In this document: positions 41,575 to 54,165 of the stretch, piece after piece
Layout: every line of letters starts with the position of its first letter
How positions within the stretch are numbered: position 1 is the stretch's first letter
Source of the DNA: an uncultured delta proteobacterium
GTDB taxonomy: Bacteria > Myxococcota_A > UBA9160 > SZUA-336
Assembly (NCBI GenBank): GCA_963704165.1
Contig: CAVPHD010000011.1
Location: forward strand, 32,001-96,000
Length of the DNA stretch: 64,000 nucleotides
Direction: 5' to 3'
Position numbers and translations under genes: made by a program
Notes under the pieces: model-generated
What the model saw: the letters and a program-made list of their open reading frames with translations, nothing else
Databases searched by the model: none
What the model was told of the DNA's origin: nothing

Positions 41575-42213
41575 TCACTCTCCCCCCGCCGTCTTCGGCG
41601 CAGTCGTGGCGCTGCCCATGGTCGACTCGTTGAAGTAGAACGTCGCCGCCGTTCCCTTCACCTTGATGAGCGGAATCTCGGCTGCCTCGTTCGCAACGGT
41701 GAAGGTCAGATCGGACAGGTTCACGATGCGCGAGAGGCTCGCGACGCGGTCGAAGAAGAGACCGATGTCGTGATAGCCACCGGAGAACTCGAGCTCGATC
41801 TGCTGCTCCGAGTAGAAGCCGCGGTCGATCTTCTTGCCCTGCTTGAAGGTCTGGATCTCGAGTCCGGACTTCTTGCCGAGCCCCGTGATGTTGGTCAGGA
41901 GCGCCGGCAGGTCACTCGACTCCGGCAGCTTCTCCAGTGCCGACTTCAGCTGGTCCTCGAGTTCCTCTCGCTTGCGCTTGAAGCTCTCGAGGTTGTTGGC
42001 CACCGCCTTCGCGGCCTGGATGTTCTGCTCGAGCTTGGCGCGCTTCGTCTGCAGCGTTCGCAGGGAGGCCTGGTCGCCGCCGAAGAACACGAGCAAGTAC
42101 AAGCCGACCACGACGAGCGCGACGCCCGCCAGGATTCCGTAGCGAGCGAAGCTCGGCAGACGATCCAGCTTCTGGAGGATCTGCTGCGCGTTCAAGTTGT
42201 CGGTGATCGCCAT
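41575..42213 (-). CDS. pilO: type IV pilus protein PilO
   Basis: Transmembrane helix + coiled coil, LPESSDLPALL, GGYHDIGLF, LSRIVN. Confidence 0.93.
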   Translation of the reverse strand: MAITDNLNAQQILQKLDRLPSFARYGILAGVALVVVGLYLLVFFGGDQASLRTLQTKRAKLEQNIQAAKAVANNLESFKRKREELEDQLKSALEKLPESSDLPALLTNITGLGKKSGLEIQTFKQGKKIDRGFYSEQQIELEFSGGYHDIGLFFDRVASLSRIVNLSDLTFTVANEAAEIPLIKVKGTAATFYFNESTMGSATTAPKTAGGE

Positions 42214-42223
42214 CTCGCGCTCC

Positions 42224-42844
42224 CTATTCCTTGCCTGCGGCCTTGGGCGGCGCGCGACGCGCGGCCCTCCGGCCTTGCGCCGCTGTCGGCGTGGGGACGT
42301 CCTTCAGGTATGGGTACTGGGCGGTCATCTTGAAGACCGAGAGCTTCAGACCCTCGGTCTCTTCGAGCTTCGTCTCCTGCAGATCGACGCGAGAGAGCAT
42401 CGGCGAGTCCTCGAGCGCGGCCGCGAAGTCGGCGACGATCTCGGCGTCGATGCTGTTGCCCTCGATCTCGAGCAGGCCGCCCTTCGCGACCAGCTTCGTC
42501 AGCCAGACGCGCTGCGGAATGCGCATGGCGAGCTCGTCCATGATCTTGACCGGGCCCGTTCGCGCAGCCTCGATCTGGTCGATGATCGCCAGCTTCTGCT
42601 CGATGGCCTGCTGCTCGTCCTGGAACTTCTTCACTTCCTTCTGGACGGCTTCGAGCTTCTTCAGCTCCGTCTCGCGGGCCCCGATCAGCGCGCGCTCGTG
42701 CGAGATGTGCGCGGTCATCCACATCGAGATCACGAGCGAGATCGCGACTCCGGCACCGACGGCCCCGCCGAGGAACACGCCCTGCTTGCGCAGGCTCGCG
42801 GCTCGTCGGGCCTCGCGGACGGGGAGCAGATTGATTCGAATCAC
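42224..42844 (-). CDS. pilN: type IV pilus protein PilN
   Basis: IRINLLP motif, transmembrane helix, IPQRVWL. Confidence 0.93.
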   Translation of the reverse strand: MIRINLLPVREARRAASLRKQGVFLGGAVGAGVAISLVISMWMTAHISHERALIGARETELKKLEAVQKEVKKFQDEQQAIEQKLAIIDQIEAARTGPVKIMDELAMRIPQRVWLTKLVAKGGLLEIEGNSIDAEIVADFAAALEDSPMLSRVDLQETKLEETEGLKLSVFKMTAQYPYLKDVPTPTAAQGRRAARRAPPKAAGKE

Positions 42845-43908
42845 GTGTCGTCTCCTCGCCGCATGCCGAGGCCGATCGCGGTGCAGAGCGCCGGGCCCAG
42901 CTCGCGGATCCTTTCCTCGTCTCCGGCACTCGGCGCGATGTCCACGCGCTGGAACGGATTGGCGATCTCGACCGGAATCTCGAGCCGGTCGTGGAAGATC
43001 CGCTCGAGACCCGGCACGCGTGCGGCGCCGCCGCAGAGCAAGAGCCGCTCGAGTCGCGAGCTCGTCGCCGTGGCGCGGTAGAAGTCGAGCGAGCGCTGGA
43101 TCTCCGCGAGCATCGTCTCGGAGACCTCGCGCATCGACTCTTCGACCTCTTGGGGAACGACGTCCTTGCTGATCTCGCCGGGCCGGCCGCCGACCTTGAT
43201 CCGCTCCGCCTCTTCGAAGGTGATGCCGAGCGTCTTCTGGATCTCCTCGGTGTACTGGTTTCCACCCGAGGTGATGTCCCGCGTGAACACCGGCACCGAG
43301 CCGCTCATCACGTTCATGTTGATGACCGAGGCGCCCAGGTCGAGCAGCGCGACGGTGCTCTCGTCCGACGGCTCGTAGTTGTGCTGGTACATGTTGCCGA
43401 CCGCGAAGGCGTCGACGTCCATCACCGCGAGCGAGAGTCCCGCTTCCGTGATGACGCTGACGTAGTCGTCGATCAGGTCCTTCTTCGCGGCGACGAGCAG
43501 CACGTCCATCTGACCATCGACCCCCGACTCGCGAAGGATCTGGTGGTCGATGTTCACCTCGTTGATGTCGAACGGGATGTACTGCTCCGCTTCCCAGCGG
43601 ATCGTCTCCTCGAGCTCTTCCTTGCTCTGCGCCGGAAGCGAGATCCGCTTGACGATCACGGAGTGACCCGAGACCGACGTCACGACGGTCTTCGATTTGA
43701 AATTGCCCATCGCACACGCTTCCGAGATCGCGGCGGAAATGGCGGGTGCGTTCATGAACGATCCCTGGACGATCGCCTCGGGCGGAAGCAGCGCGAATCC
43801 GAATCCGCGCAACCGGAAGCTGCCCCCGTGCGGTTCCAACTCGACCGCCTTGACCTGGCTGGACCCGATGTCGAGTCCGATGACCGTTTTCTTCCCGAAG
43901 GAGAACAT
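42841..43908 (-). CDS. pilM: type IV pilus protein PilM
   Basis: GLDIGSS, EAEQYIPF, VLLVAAK, EIQRSLDFY, LCGG, NPF. Confidence 0.96.
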   Translation of the reverse strand: MFSFGKKTVIGLDIGSSQVKAVELEPHGGSFRLRGFGFALLPPEAIVQGSFMNAPAISAAISEACAMGNFKSKTVVTSVSGHSVIVKRISLPAQSKEELEETIRWEAEQYIPFDINEVNIDHQILRESGVDGQMDVLLVAAKKDLIDDYVSVITEAGLSLAVMDVDAFAVGNMYQHNYEPSDESTVALLDLGASVINMNVMSGSVPVFTRDITSGGNQYTEEIQKTLGITFEEAERIKVGGRPGEISKDVVPQEVEESMREVSETMLAEIQRSLDFYRATATSSRLERLLLCGGAARVPGLERIFHDRLEIPVEIANPFQRVDIAPSAGDEERIRELGPALCTAIGLGMRRGDDT

Positions 43909-43921
43909 CGCCGACCCCGCC

Positions 43922-44176
43922 TCAGTTCCCGCCCGATTGGGCGTCGCTGGTGTGTGTTGCGATCAACTGCTCGACCGATCGGTCACCGAAGACCGAGTCC
44001 TTGTCGGATACACGCAATCCGAGCGCGTGGAGGAGCTTCCGTTTCGTGTCGAGGCGACAGGTCTTGCCAGCCTCGACGCGATCGATCGTCAGCGTCGAGA
44101 GGCCGGCTTTCCGGGCCAACTCGGCCTTGCTCATCATGAGCGCCTCGCGAACTCGCCGAACCTTGTTCCCAGACAC
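43922..44176 (-). CDS. XRE-family HTH protein preceding pilM
   Basis: NKVRRVREALMMSKAELARKAGLSTLTIDRVEAG; GGAGG RBS before GTG. Confidence 0.85.
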   Translation of the reverse strand: MSGNKVRRVREALMMSKAELARKAGLSTLTIDRVEAGKTCRLDTKRKLLHALGLRVSDKDSVFGDRSVEQLIATHTSDAQSGGN

Positions 44177-44215
44177 TGAGATCCTCCGTTGCGAACCGGC
44201 GTGAGAATCGAGTTC

Positions 44216-44243
44216 CGATCGGCGGGCCGAAAACGCGACTTGA
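44216..44243 (-). promoter_or_regulatory. sigma28-like promoter motif upstream of HTH-pilMNOPQ
   Basis: TCAA-N16-GCCGATCG. Confidence 0.62.
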
Positions 44244-44294
44244 GGCTTCGCGACCCTCACCTTGCCGTCAGGCACGCGCAGACCGCCGTGCGTG

Positions 44295-45356
44295 TCAGAA
44301 CTCGTCGTCCGCCGCCTCCTCGCCTCGATCCTCTTCGGTGTAATCCCCGTCACGTTTTTCCTCGGACGCGGCCTCCGGCTTCGCGACATCGCTCGCGCTG
44401 GCCGGAGCCTCGCTCCAATCGACGGCCAGCGAGTAGTTCTGCGTCGTCGCCCCGCCATACGGGTCGGACACCCGGAGCTCGATCGGGTACACGCCCTTCG
44501 CGCTCGTCGGCACCTGCCAGGTCACGCGTCCACTGACGATGTCCACGGCCATGCCCGGCGGTCCGTCGACCAGCTCGTACTTCAGCGGACGGTCGCCGTC
44601 GGGATCCTCGGCCGCGACCTCGTAGGTGTACTGACTCGAGCCCGAGAGCTTGTAGTTGGGCTGCGTCGTGATCGCAGGCGCCGCGTTTCCGAGCGTCAGG
44701 GCAGCCGAGGCCACCCACGGGCTCTCGGACGTTCCATCGTCCGCGCGGACCTGAAGCACGATGATCTCGCCGCGGTGGCCCACACCGGGGCGAAGCCTCG
44801 GTCCGTCGCTATCCTCGATCAGCTGGCCGTTTCGGACCCAGCGATACGCGAGATCGACCGAGTCCCCGTCGTCGTCCCGGACGTCGACGTCGGCCTGCAG
44901 GAGATCGAGCGCCGTGGCTCGCGCCGGTTTGATGGCCACGCGGCGCAGCGTCGGTGCGGAGTTGCCGACGATGATCGCGGCGGTCTGATGTGTGACCTCG
45001 TCCTTCCCGTCCGACGCGAACACGATCGCGTACACGCGGTCTCCGCGGGAGAAGCTCCCGGCGGGGGCATCGGCCTGCTCGAGGCCCGGAAGGATCTCGG
45101 AGTTCCGATACCACTCGAAGCTGACACGCACCCGGTCTCGGTCGGCGTCGTTCGCGACGACGGCGACCGAGATCGTCTGACTCGCACCTGCCCCGGCCGG
45201 CTGGAGCTCCGCCGACAGGATCTCGGGTGGCGAGTTGACGGCCCCCGTCCGAGCCGCCGGGCGGCTCGACGCCTGCGTCGCGTTCGACTCGTCCTCGGTC
45301 GACCCGCCACACGCTACACAGAGAAGCGTGATCGCGACTGCGATGACCCGCTTCAT
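44295..45356 (-). CDS. lipoprotein with three Ig/cadherin-like domains
   Basis: Lipobox CVAC; repeats NSPP/NSAP/NAAP...DxDxD...W; last domain YEVAAEDPDGD...PPGM..D..SG.VTW. Confidence 0.8.
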   Translation of the reverse strand: MKRVIAVAITLLCVACGGSTEDESNATQASSRPAARTGAVNSPPEILSAELQPAGAGASQTISVAVVANDADRDRVRVSFEWYRNSEILPGLEQADAPAGSFSRGDRVYAIVFASDGKDEVTHQTAAIIVGNSAPTLRRVAIKPARATALDLLQADVDVRDDDGDSVDLAYRWVRNGQLIEDSDGPRLRPGVGHRGEIIVLQVRADDGTSESPWVASAALTLGNAAPAITTQPNYKLSGSSQYTYEVAAEDPDGDRPLKYELVDGPPGMAVDIVSGRVTWQVPTSAKGVYPIELRVSDPYGGATTQNYSLAVDWSEAPASASDVAKPEAASEEKRDGDYTEEDRGEEAADDEF

Positions 45357-45394
45357 GACGCCCCCCATCGGGAATCGGAATGCTCCCGCGTAGA

Positions 45395-46813
45395 TCAGCT
45401 ATCGGAGCGCGGGGGAAGCGGATTGAGTGGCGCGATGTCGTACTCCTTGACCTTGTACTGGAGCGCTCGCGCGGAGATCTCGAGAAGCTCGGCGGCTCGC
45501 GTGCGGTTGCCGCCGGTGCGCGCCAACGCGAGGCGGATCAGGCGATCCTCGAGTGCTCTCCCGCGTCGTTTGATGGACAGGTCCTCTGCGGCGTCGGCAC
45601 CGAGGCCCGGCGAGGCCACGAGCGCGAGCGACAGCTTCGACTCCACCGCGGCGAACGGGAACAGCTCGCGCGTGATCGTCGATCCGGTGGCGAGGATCAG
45701 CGCACGCTCGAGCGTGTTCTCGAGCTCGCGGACGTTGCCGGGCCAGGAATGCTCGCAGAGCGCCGACATGGTTTCGCGATCGAGGGGCTCCACCGACTTG
45801 CCCATCCGTCGCGAGAGACCGGTGAGGAGTTGATCCGCGAGAGCGGGTACGTCCTCGAGGCGCTCGCGCAGCGGCGGCACGTGCAGGCGGAAGACGTTCA
45901 GCCGGTAGAAAAGATCCGCACGGAACGTCCCCGCCTGGACCATCGCTTCGAGGTCGCGGGCCGTCGCGGCGACGATCCGCACGTCGACGGGATACGGCTT
46001 CGCCGCGCCGACCGGACGGACCTCTTCTTCCTGGAGAACGCGAAGCAGCTTGACCTGGATCGGCAGCGGAAGCTCACCGATCTCGTCGAGGAAGAGCGTT
46101 CCTCCGTCGGCTTCCCGGAACATCCCGCGCGTCTCCCGATCCGCTCCCGTGAAGGCGCCGCGCACGTGTCCGAAGAGCTCGCTCTCGATCAGCGTTTCGG
46201 GGATCGCTCCGCAGTTCAGCGCGACGAACGGCTCCTCCGATCGCTCCGAACGGCCGTGCACGGCGCGCGCGACGACCTCCTTGCCCACGCCGCTCTCGCC
46301 CGTCACGAGCACGGTCGTCTTGAACTCGGCCGCACGCTCGACGAGATCGTAGATCTCGCGCATGGCCGCGGATGCGGCGACGAGCGCACCCTCCACGCCA
46401 CCGTGGGAGAGCTCGCGGCGAAGCTGGCGGTTCTCACGCCGCAGCCGCTCGCGCTCCTCCGCCTTTCCGATCGCGAGCAGGAGCTCCTCGGCCTGGAACG
46501 GCTTGGCGAGGTAGTCGTAGGCACCCCTGCGCACCGCCTCGAGCGCTTGATCCACCTGTCCGTACGCGGACATCATCAGCACGGTGGCGTCCGGCTGAGC
46601 GCGGATCAGCTCGGGCAGGATCTCCAGTCCGCTGCGTCCCGGCATGCGCACGTCGCAGAGCACGAGATCGAATCGCTCCGCATGGGCGATGGCGAGTCCT
46701 TCGTCCCCGTTCGCGGCGCGGCAGACCTCGTAGCCCTCGTCCGCGAGGATCAGTCCGAGACTGGTCCGGATCCCATTCTCGTCATCGATGATCAGCGCGC
46801 GGCGTTTGGGCAT
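45395..46813 (-). CDS. pilR2: sigma54-dependent response regulator (PilR2-like)
   Basis: Receiver domain, [33 protein letters not shown], Fis-type HTH; position after pilD. Confidence 0.82.
   Translation of the reverse strand: MPKRRALIIDDENGIRTSLGLILADEGYEVCRAANGDEGLAIAHAERFDLVLCDVRMPGRSGLEILPELIRAQPDATVLMMSAYGQVDQALEAVRRGAYDYLAKPFQAEELLLAIGKAEERERLRRENRQLRRELSHGGVEGALVAASAAMREIYDLVERAAEFKTTVLVTGESGVGKEVVARAVHGRSERSEEPFVALNCGAIPETLIESELFGHVRGAFTGADRETRGMFREADGGTLFLDEIGELPLPIQVKLLRVLQEEEVRPVGAAKPYPVDVRIVAATARDLEAMVQAGTFRADLFYRLNVFRLHVPPLRERLEDVPALADQLLTGLSRRMGKSVEPLDRETMSALCEHSWPGNVRELENTLERALILATGSTITRELFPFAAVESKLSLALVASPGLGADAAEDLSIKRRGRALEDRLIRLALARTGGNRTRAAELLEISARALQYKVKEYDIAPLNPLPPRSDS
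45399..45426 (-). promoter_or_regulatory. sigma28-like promoter motif upstream of the Ig lipoprotein
   Basis: TCAA-N16-TCCGATAG. Confidence 0.6.
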
Positions 46814-48338
46814 GGTCGCCCTGCCTATCGGCTGCGGGCAAGACCAGTCTGAAGCAAGTCCGGCCCGACTGACTCGTGACTTCGAGCCTTCCGCCGAGCA
46901 GCTCCGCAATTCGATGCGCGTTCCAGAGCCCGAGGCCGGTGCCTTCGTCCGGTCCCTTCGTGGTGAAGAACGGATCGAAGATCCGCGGCAGGTCCTCGAC
47001 CTCGATCCCCGGACCGTTGTCGATCACCTCGAGACAGACGGCGTCCGGAGCGCGCTCCTCGACGAAGCTCGTTCGTTCCGCGTCCCCGCTGCGCCGCGAC
47101 GGGCGCGCGGGCGCGTGCCCGCGGAGCGCCACGAGTTCGATCCGGCCGCCGGCCACGCCGCGAAGCGCGTGTGCCGCGTTCTCGATCAGGTTCACGAACA
47201 CCTGCTCGAGTCGCCGCCGATCGACTTCGACGTCGGGCAGGCCGGGCTCCGCAATGACCGAAAGCTCGAGGCCCGTGAGAAGTGGCTGCGGACGAATGCG
47301 CTCGGCGACGTGCTCGAGCAGCGCGCTGGGCTCGACCCGCTCGAGCGCGAGCGCTTCGGGACGCGAGAGGTCGAGCATTTCGCGCACGAGCTCTCGCACG
47401 CGCAGCGCCTCTTCCGCGATCAACGAAGCCAACTCGCGTGTTCGCGGCGAGGCGGTCTTCTCACGTCGACACACCTCCGCGTAGCCGAGAATCGCGGCGA
47501 CGGGATTTCCCACCTCGTGCGCGACGCCCGCCGCGAGCTGTCCCAGACTCGCCAGCCGCCGGCTCCGCGAGAGCGACTCCTGCGCCAGCAGAAGCGCATC
47601 GCGCTCCCGCTCGAGCGACTCGGCCATCTGATTGAAGCTCCGAGCGAGCTCTTCGAGCTCCGCGGGACCCTGTTCGGGGATCCGAGCCTGCAGGTCGCCG
47701 CTGGCGATCCGCCGCGTTCCAGCGGCGAGCGCACCGAGCGGTGAGACCACACGGCGTCGCAAGAGCCACGCGCCGAAGCCCACGAAGACGACCGTCGCGA
47801 TGAAGAGCACCCAGATCGCCGAACCGAAGACCGGGGCGAGCCGGTGCCACACCTCCTCGCCGCTCGCGCGTCCGATCAGGAAGCCGGTCTCACCCGAAGG
47901 TGTGCGAAGGCGCCGGACCAGGGTCATGTCGCCGACGAGCACACCCTCGAGCTCGAGGGCTTCTCCCGTCTCGCGGGCGACCTCGAGAAGGTTCGCGAGT
48001 CTCGGATCGACCTCCGCGCCTCCGGCGGCCGATCCGGGATCCCGTCCTCGCTCGTCGAGCACGCGAAACTCGCCGCCCGAGATCCGCGGCCCGCTCGCGC
48101 GGACGGTCGCGGCCAGGTCGACGAGTCGACGCGCGCCGCCGTCGAGCGACCGCTCGAGATGGCGCGCGCCCATCCGCAACCGCTCCAGCGCCGCGTCGTG
48201 CACCGAACGCACCGAGAGTCCCGTCAGCACGACCGCGACGATCGCGAGCCCCGCGAACATCATCACGAACAAGTTCGCGACGATTTCGAGCTGAACGCCC
48301 CCGCGAAGCGTCAGCCGGCGTCGATCCACCGCGCCCAT
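46782..48338 (-). CDS. pilS2: HAMP sensor histidine kinase (PilS2-like)
   Basis: Two transmembrane helices, HAMP, AHEVGNP, NLIENA, DNGPG, FFTTK, GTGLGL. Start uncertain. Confidence 0.82.
   Translation of the reverse strand: MGAVDRRRLTLRGGVQLEIVANLFVMMFAGLAIVAVVLTGLSVRSVHDAALERLRMGARHLERSLDGGARRLVDLAATVRASGPRISGGEFRVLDERGRDPGSAAGGAEVDPRLANLLEVARETGEALELEGVLVGDMTLVRRLRTPSGETGFLIGRASGEEVWHRLAPVFGSAIWVLFIATVVFVGFGAWLLRRRVVSPLGALAAGTRRIASGDLQARIPEQGPAELEELARSFNQMAESLERERDALLLAQESLSRSRRLASLGQLAAGVAHEVGNPVAAILGYAEVCRREKTASPRTRELASLIAEEALRVRELVREMLDLSRPEALALERVEPSALLEHVAERIRPQPLLTGLELSVIAEPGLPDVEVDRRRLEQVFVNLIENAAHALRGVAGGRIELVALRGHAPARPSRRSGDAERTSFVEERAPDAVCLEVIDNGPGIEVEDLPRIFDPFFTTKGPDEGTGLGLWNAHRIAELLGGRLEVTSQSGRTCFRLVLPAADRQGDHAQTPRADHR
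46825..46852 (-). promoter_or_regulatory. sigma28-like promoter motif upstream of pilR2
   Basis: TCAG-N16-GCCGATAG. Confidence 0.55.
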
Positions 48339-49099
48339 AGCCTCGGCTCGAACAGGAAGACGAGGCCCGCGATCGCGAGTCCCGGTCCGAACGGAATCCG
48401 CGTGTCCATCCCCTTGCGTTCGATCACGAGCTTCGGGATGCCGTAGGCCAGCCCGATCAGCGATCCCATGAAGATGATTCCGATCGCGGCCGACGTGCCG
48501 AGCAGGCTCGCGAGCATCGCGATCAGCTTCACGTCGCCGAAGCCCAGCCCCTGCTTTCCCCGGAGACGCGGATAGACCTCCGCGATCAGCCAGAACGCCC
48601 CGCCCGCAATCAGCACACCGAGAATCGCGTCGCGGAACTCCACGCCGAGCGACGGCGCGACGATCGAGATCCCGAGCCCGAGCGCGAGACCGGGCAGCGT
48701 GATCCAGTTGGGGATGATGTAGTGATCGATGTCGATGAAGATCACGGCGATCAGCGCGGCAGCGATCGCCCACTCGACGAGCAGCCGGGCCGACGGGCCG
48801 TGCGCGAGAAGCAGCGCGGCGAAGAGCGCGCCCGTCAGCGCTTCGACCAGCGGGTAGCGCGGAGAGATGACCGCGCGGCACGAGCGGCAGCGCCCGCGGA
48901 GAAACAGGTACGAGAGAATCGGCACGTTCGCGAACGCGGGGATCGCGACCTGACACGCCGGACAGCGAGAGCCCGGAAGGACCAGCGACTCCCCGCGCGG
49001 CAGTCGCCAGATCACCACGTTCAGGAAGCTTCCGATGCAGGCTCCGAATGCGAACGCGGCGGCCACGAGCAGCGGAAAGGGAACGCCGGCGTCGGCCAT
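48311..49099 (-). CDS. pilD: prepilin peptidase/N-methyltransferase
   Basis: GSFLNVVIWRLP, SRCPAC, GRCRSC, ISPRYP, GFGDVKL, PFGP. Confidence 0.95.
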   Translation of the reverse strand: MADAGVPFPLLVAAAFAFGACIGSFLNVVIWRLPRGESLVLPGSRCPACQVAIPAFANVPILSYLFLRGRCRSCRAVISPRYPLVEALTGALFAALLLAHGPSARLLVEWAIAAALIAVIFIDIDHYIIPNWITLPGLALGLGISIVAPSLGVEFRDAILGVLIAGGAFWLIAEVYPRLRGKQGLGFGDVKLIAMLASLLGTSAAIGIIFMGSLIGLAYGIPKLVIERKGMDTRIPFGPGLAIAGLVFLFEPRLWARWIDAG

Positions 49100-49119
49100 C
49101 GACAAGACCTTAGCGCGCG

Positions 49120-49892
49120 CTAACGGAAGTCGCGCCGCTGGAAGAGCAGCACCGCGCCCGACATGAGCACGAACGAGTAGAGCCAGGCGTACAGCGCCGC
49201 GGCGCCGACACGCGCCATCTCGATCGGTCGCCCCGCGCTCGCATCCGCCTTGATGTCGAGCCGGTCGAGGTTCGGCAGCATCCAGTAGAGCGTCTCGAGC
49301 AGCTCCTTCAGGCCCGGCAGGTCGGACTTCGACCCGAATGCGCGGAGATCCGCGAGCAGGTGCCCGACGATCCAGAGCGCGATCGTGAACATCCCCGACA
49401 AGTACGGCGTGGTGAAGCTCGAGAAGAACATCGCGATCGCCGTGACGAGCGCGAGCTCGCAGTAGATCAACGCGATGCTCCAGACGAGGCCCATCTCGAA
49501 GGCGGCGCCGGTCCAGACGAGCACGCCGAGGAAGCACGCGCTCATGATCGCGACCTCGACCGCGAGCAGCGTGAGCAGACCGAAGTACTTGCCGAGCAGG
49601 AACTCCCAGCGACGCACGGGCTTGGCCAGCATCGTGTAGACGGTCTTCATCGAGAGCTCTTTGTGCACCAGGTTGATCCCGACGAAGATCGCGATCAGCA
49701 CGCCGAAGAACGCGATCGACGACAGCCCGATGTCCCGGTAGATGCGATCGTCCTTGCCGATCTGGATCTGCGCGAGCAGCACGGAGCTCGCGATCATCAG
49801 CGCCGCGAAGAGCAGCAGGTTGTAGAGCAGCTTGTCGCGCACGGCTTCGCGGTACGTGTTGGACGCCAGAACCCAGATCCGCCACGGCGAGC

Positions 49893-49896
<4 letters not shown>
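49120..49896 (-). CDS. pilI: ABC transporter permease, PilI-like
   Basis: NTYREAVRDK, KTVYTMLAKPVRRWEFLLGKY, FQRRDF; position in the pil locus. Confidence 0.8.
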
Positions 49897-50819
<923 letters not shown>

Positions 50820-50821
50820 GT

Positions 50822-51701
50822 TCAGGCGCCCCCTCTCGGCATGTTCAGGCGAATGACCTCGTACGGCAGGTCCGTCGCCGCGCGCCCGTCGGCGATCGAA
50901 TAGGCACCGCCTTTCGGATCGCGTGGAGGGCTCGCGAGGAACCCGGACTCGACCAGCTCCGCGATCGACTTCGGATCGCGCGAGCGGGCGGCGCGGAAGC
51001 CCTCGATCGCGGCATCGATCAGACCGAGATCGCGGTTGATCCAGATGTCGCTCAGGCGCCTTTGCAGCCGTTCGCGCACCTCCGGCGTTTCCTCGTTCTG
51101 AAGCCGCGCGTGGATGAACTGCATCGCGGTGGAGGGGTCGCCGGCGTGTGTATAGAGGCGACTGATCAGGAACTGCAGGTACGGCGGCCCACCGAGGGCG
51201 AAGGCCCGCTCGAGGTGCCGGGCACCCTCCACGTGCTCGCCCTTCTCCATGAAGTACTGGAAGCCGAGCAGGAAGTGGATCCGCCAGTAGTCGCTCTGCG
51301 CAGCGCCCTTCTCGAGCAGACGGATCGCCGCATCGGGATCGGCGCGCAGGCCGTTCAGCACCGAGGCCATCACGCACGTAGGCCTGTCGAAGTGGGGATC
51401 GATGTCGGTCACGAGGCCGGCGAGTCGTTCCGCGCCGGGCCAGTTGGCGGCGGAGGAGTGCTCGTCACCGACGTAGTAGCACGGTGCGGACCCAGAACAG
51501 GTCCGCGACCGCGCGTTCGAAGCCCAGGGAAAGAACGCGCAGGACATTCCCGTCGGGAAGGATGCCGACGTCCCCGTCCGGAGTTCTCTCGATCGCACGT
51601 GTCTCGAGTCGGAGATTCGTTCCGTGCATCGATGCGGCGGCGATCAGCGCGCAAGGCAGCAGAATCGCCTCGACTGGAATCCGGAATAGGCGCCCCACCA
51701 T
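50822..51701 (-). CDS. pilG: PilG-like TPR accessory protein (apparent +1 frameshift near 51480)
   Basis: LSLGFERAVADLFWVRTV joined to YYVG...VTDIDPHF...LLEKG...DPKGGAY; sits between pilA and the ABC genes. Confidence 0.65.
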
Positions 51702-51711
51702 CTCGCACTCC

Positions 51712-51739
51712 GAATCGGAGTCGTCGGCAGAGCGCTTTA
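51712..51739 (-). promoter_or_regulatory. sigma28-like promoter motif upstream of pilG
   Basis: TAAA-N16-TCCGATTC, just downstream of the pilA terminator. Confidence 0.6.
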
Positions 51740-51768
51740 GCGCTCGGATTCGTCGGATTCCAGAAATG

Positions 51769-51808
51769 AAAAGGCCCGACGGGATCGCGTGAGCCATCCC
51801 GCCGGGCC
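51769..51808 (-). terminator. intrinsic terminator after pilA
   Basis: GGCCCGGCGGGAT...ATCCCGTCGGGCC stem (one G-U pair) followed by TTTT. Confidence 0.8.
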
Positions 51809-51827
51809 GATTCGAGGCGCGCCGTTC

Positions 51828-52475
<648 letters not shown>

Positions 52476-52555
52476 GCTGTCTCCTTGCTGAGTACTCGAA
52501 ATCCGGAACCCGGCTCTGGGCTCCACTGCCCGAACGCCGGGCCGACCCGGGCAAG

Positions 52556-52571
52556 AGCAAGGGCCGTGCCC
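52556..52571 (-). promoter_or_regulatory. sigma54 (-24/-12) promoter of pilA
   Basis: GGGCACG-GCCC-TTGCT versus consensus TGGCACG-N4-TTGCW. Confidence 0.82.
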
Positions 52572-52673
52572 GCCCGACGGTGCGCTCTCCACGCGCGTGC
52601 ACGTCGCGCCCGATGTCGATGATTTCACTGCCATGGCGCGGCCGCGACGGCGTCGATCCTCGAACGTGTCGCC

Positions 52674-52721
52674 CGTCACCGGGTGACGTTTTGCGAGGGC
52701 CGCAGTGACGAAGAACGTCAC
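52674..52721. promoter_or_regulatory. candidate PilR enhancer sites
   Basis: CGTCACC-G-GGTGACG (52674-52688) and GTGACG-N5-CGTCAC (52705-52721), about 100-150 nt upstream of the sigma54 site. Confidence 0.55.
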
Positions 52722-52732
52722 CGCCGCAAGCG

Positions 52733-54116
<1,384 letters not shown>

Positions 54117-54135
54117 ACACCCACTCCTCGAAGCC

Positions 54136-54163
54136 CGATCGGAACCGTTGCCTGCGCGCTTGA
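54136..54163 (-). promoter_or_regulatory. sigma28-like promoter motif upstream of pilR
   Basis: TCAA-N16-TCCGATCG. Confidence 0.6.
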
Positions 54164-54165
54164 GA

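Noticed and set aside
43976..44003. Possible eighth sigma28-like site before pilM (and a similar one at 36684-36711)
   Set aside because: The upstream 4-mer (CAAG or CTTA) does not fit TMAR at the fixed spacing, and the second site lacks CCGAT.
38221..49885. Long N-terminal extensions in the ORF track for pilQ, pilN, pilS2 and pilD (also elp3, TetR, MaoC, rhodanese)
   Set aside because: They overlap real upstream genes out of frame; downstream starts fit family N-termini and RBS or overlap patterns.
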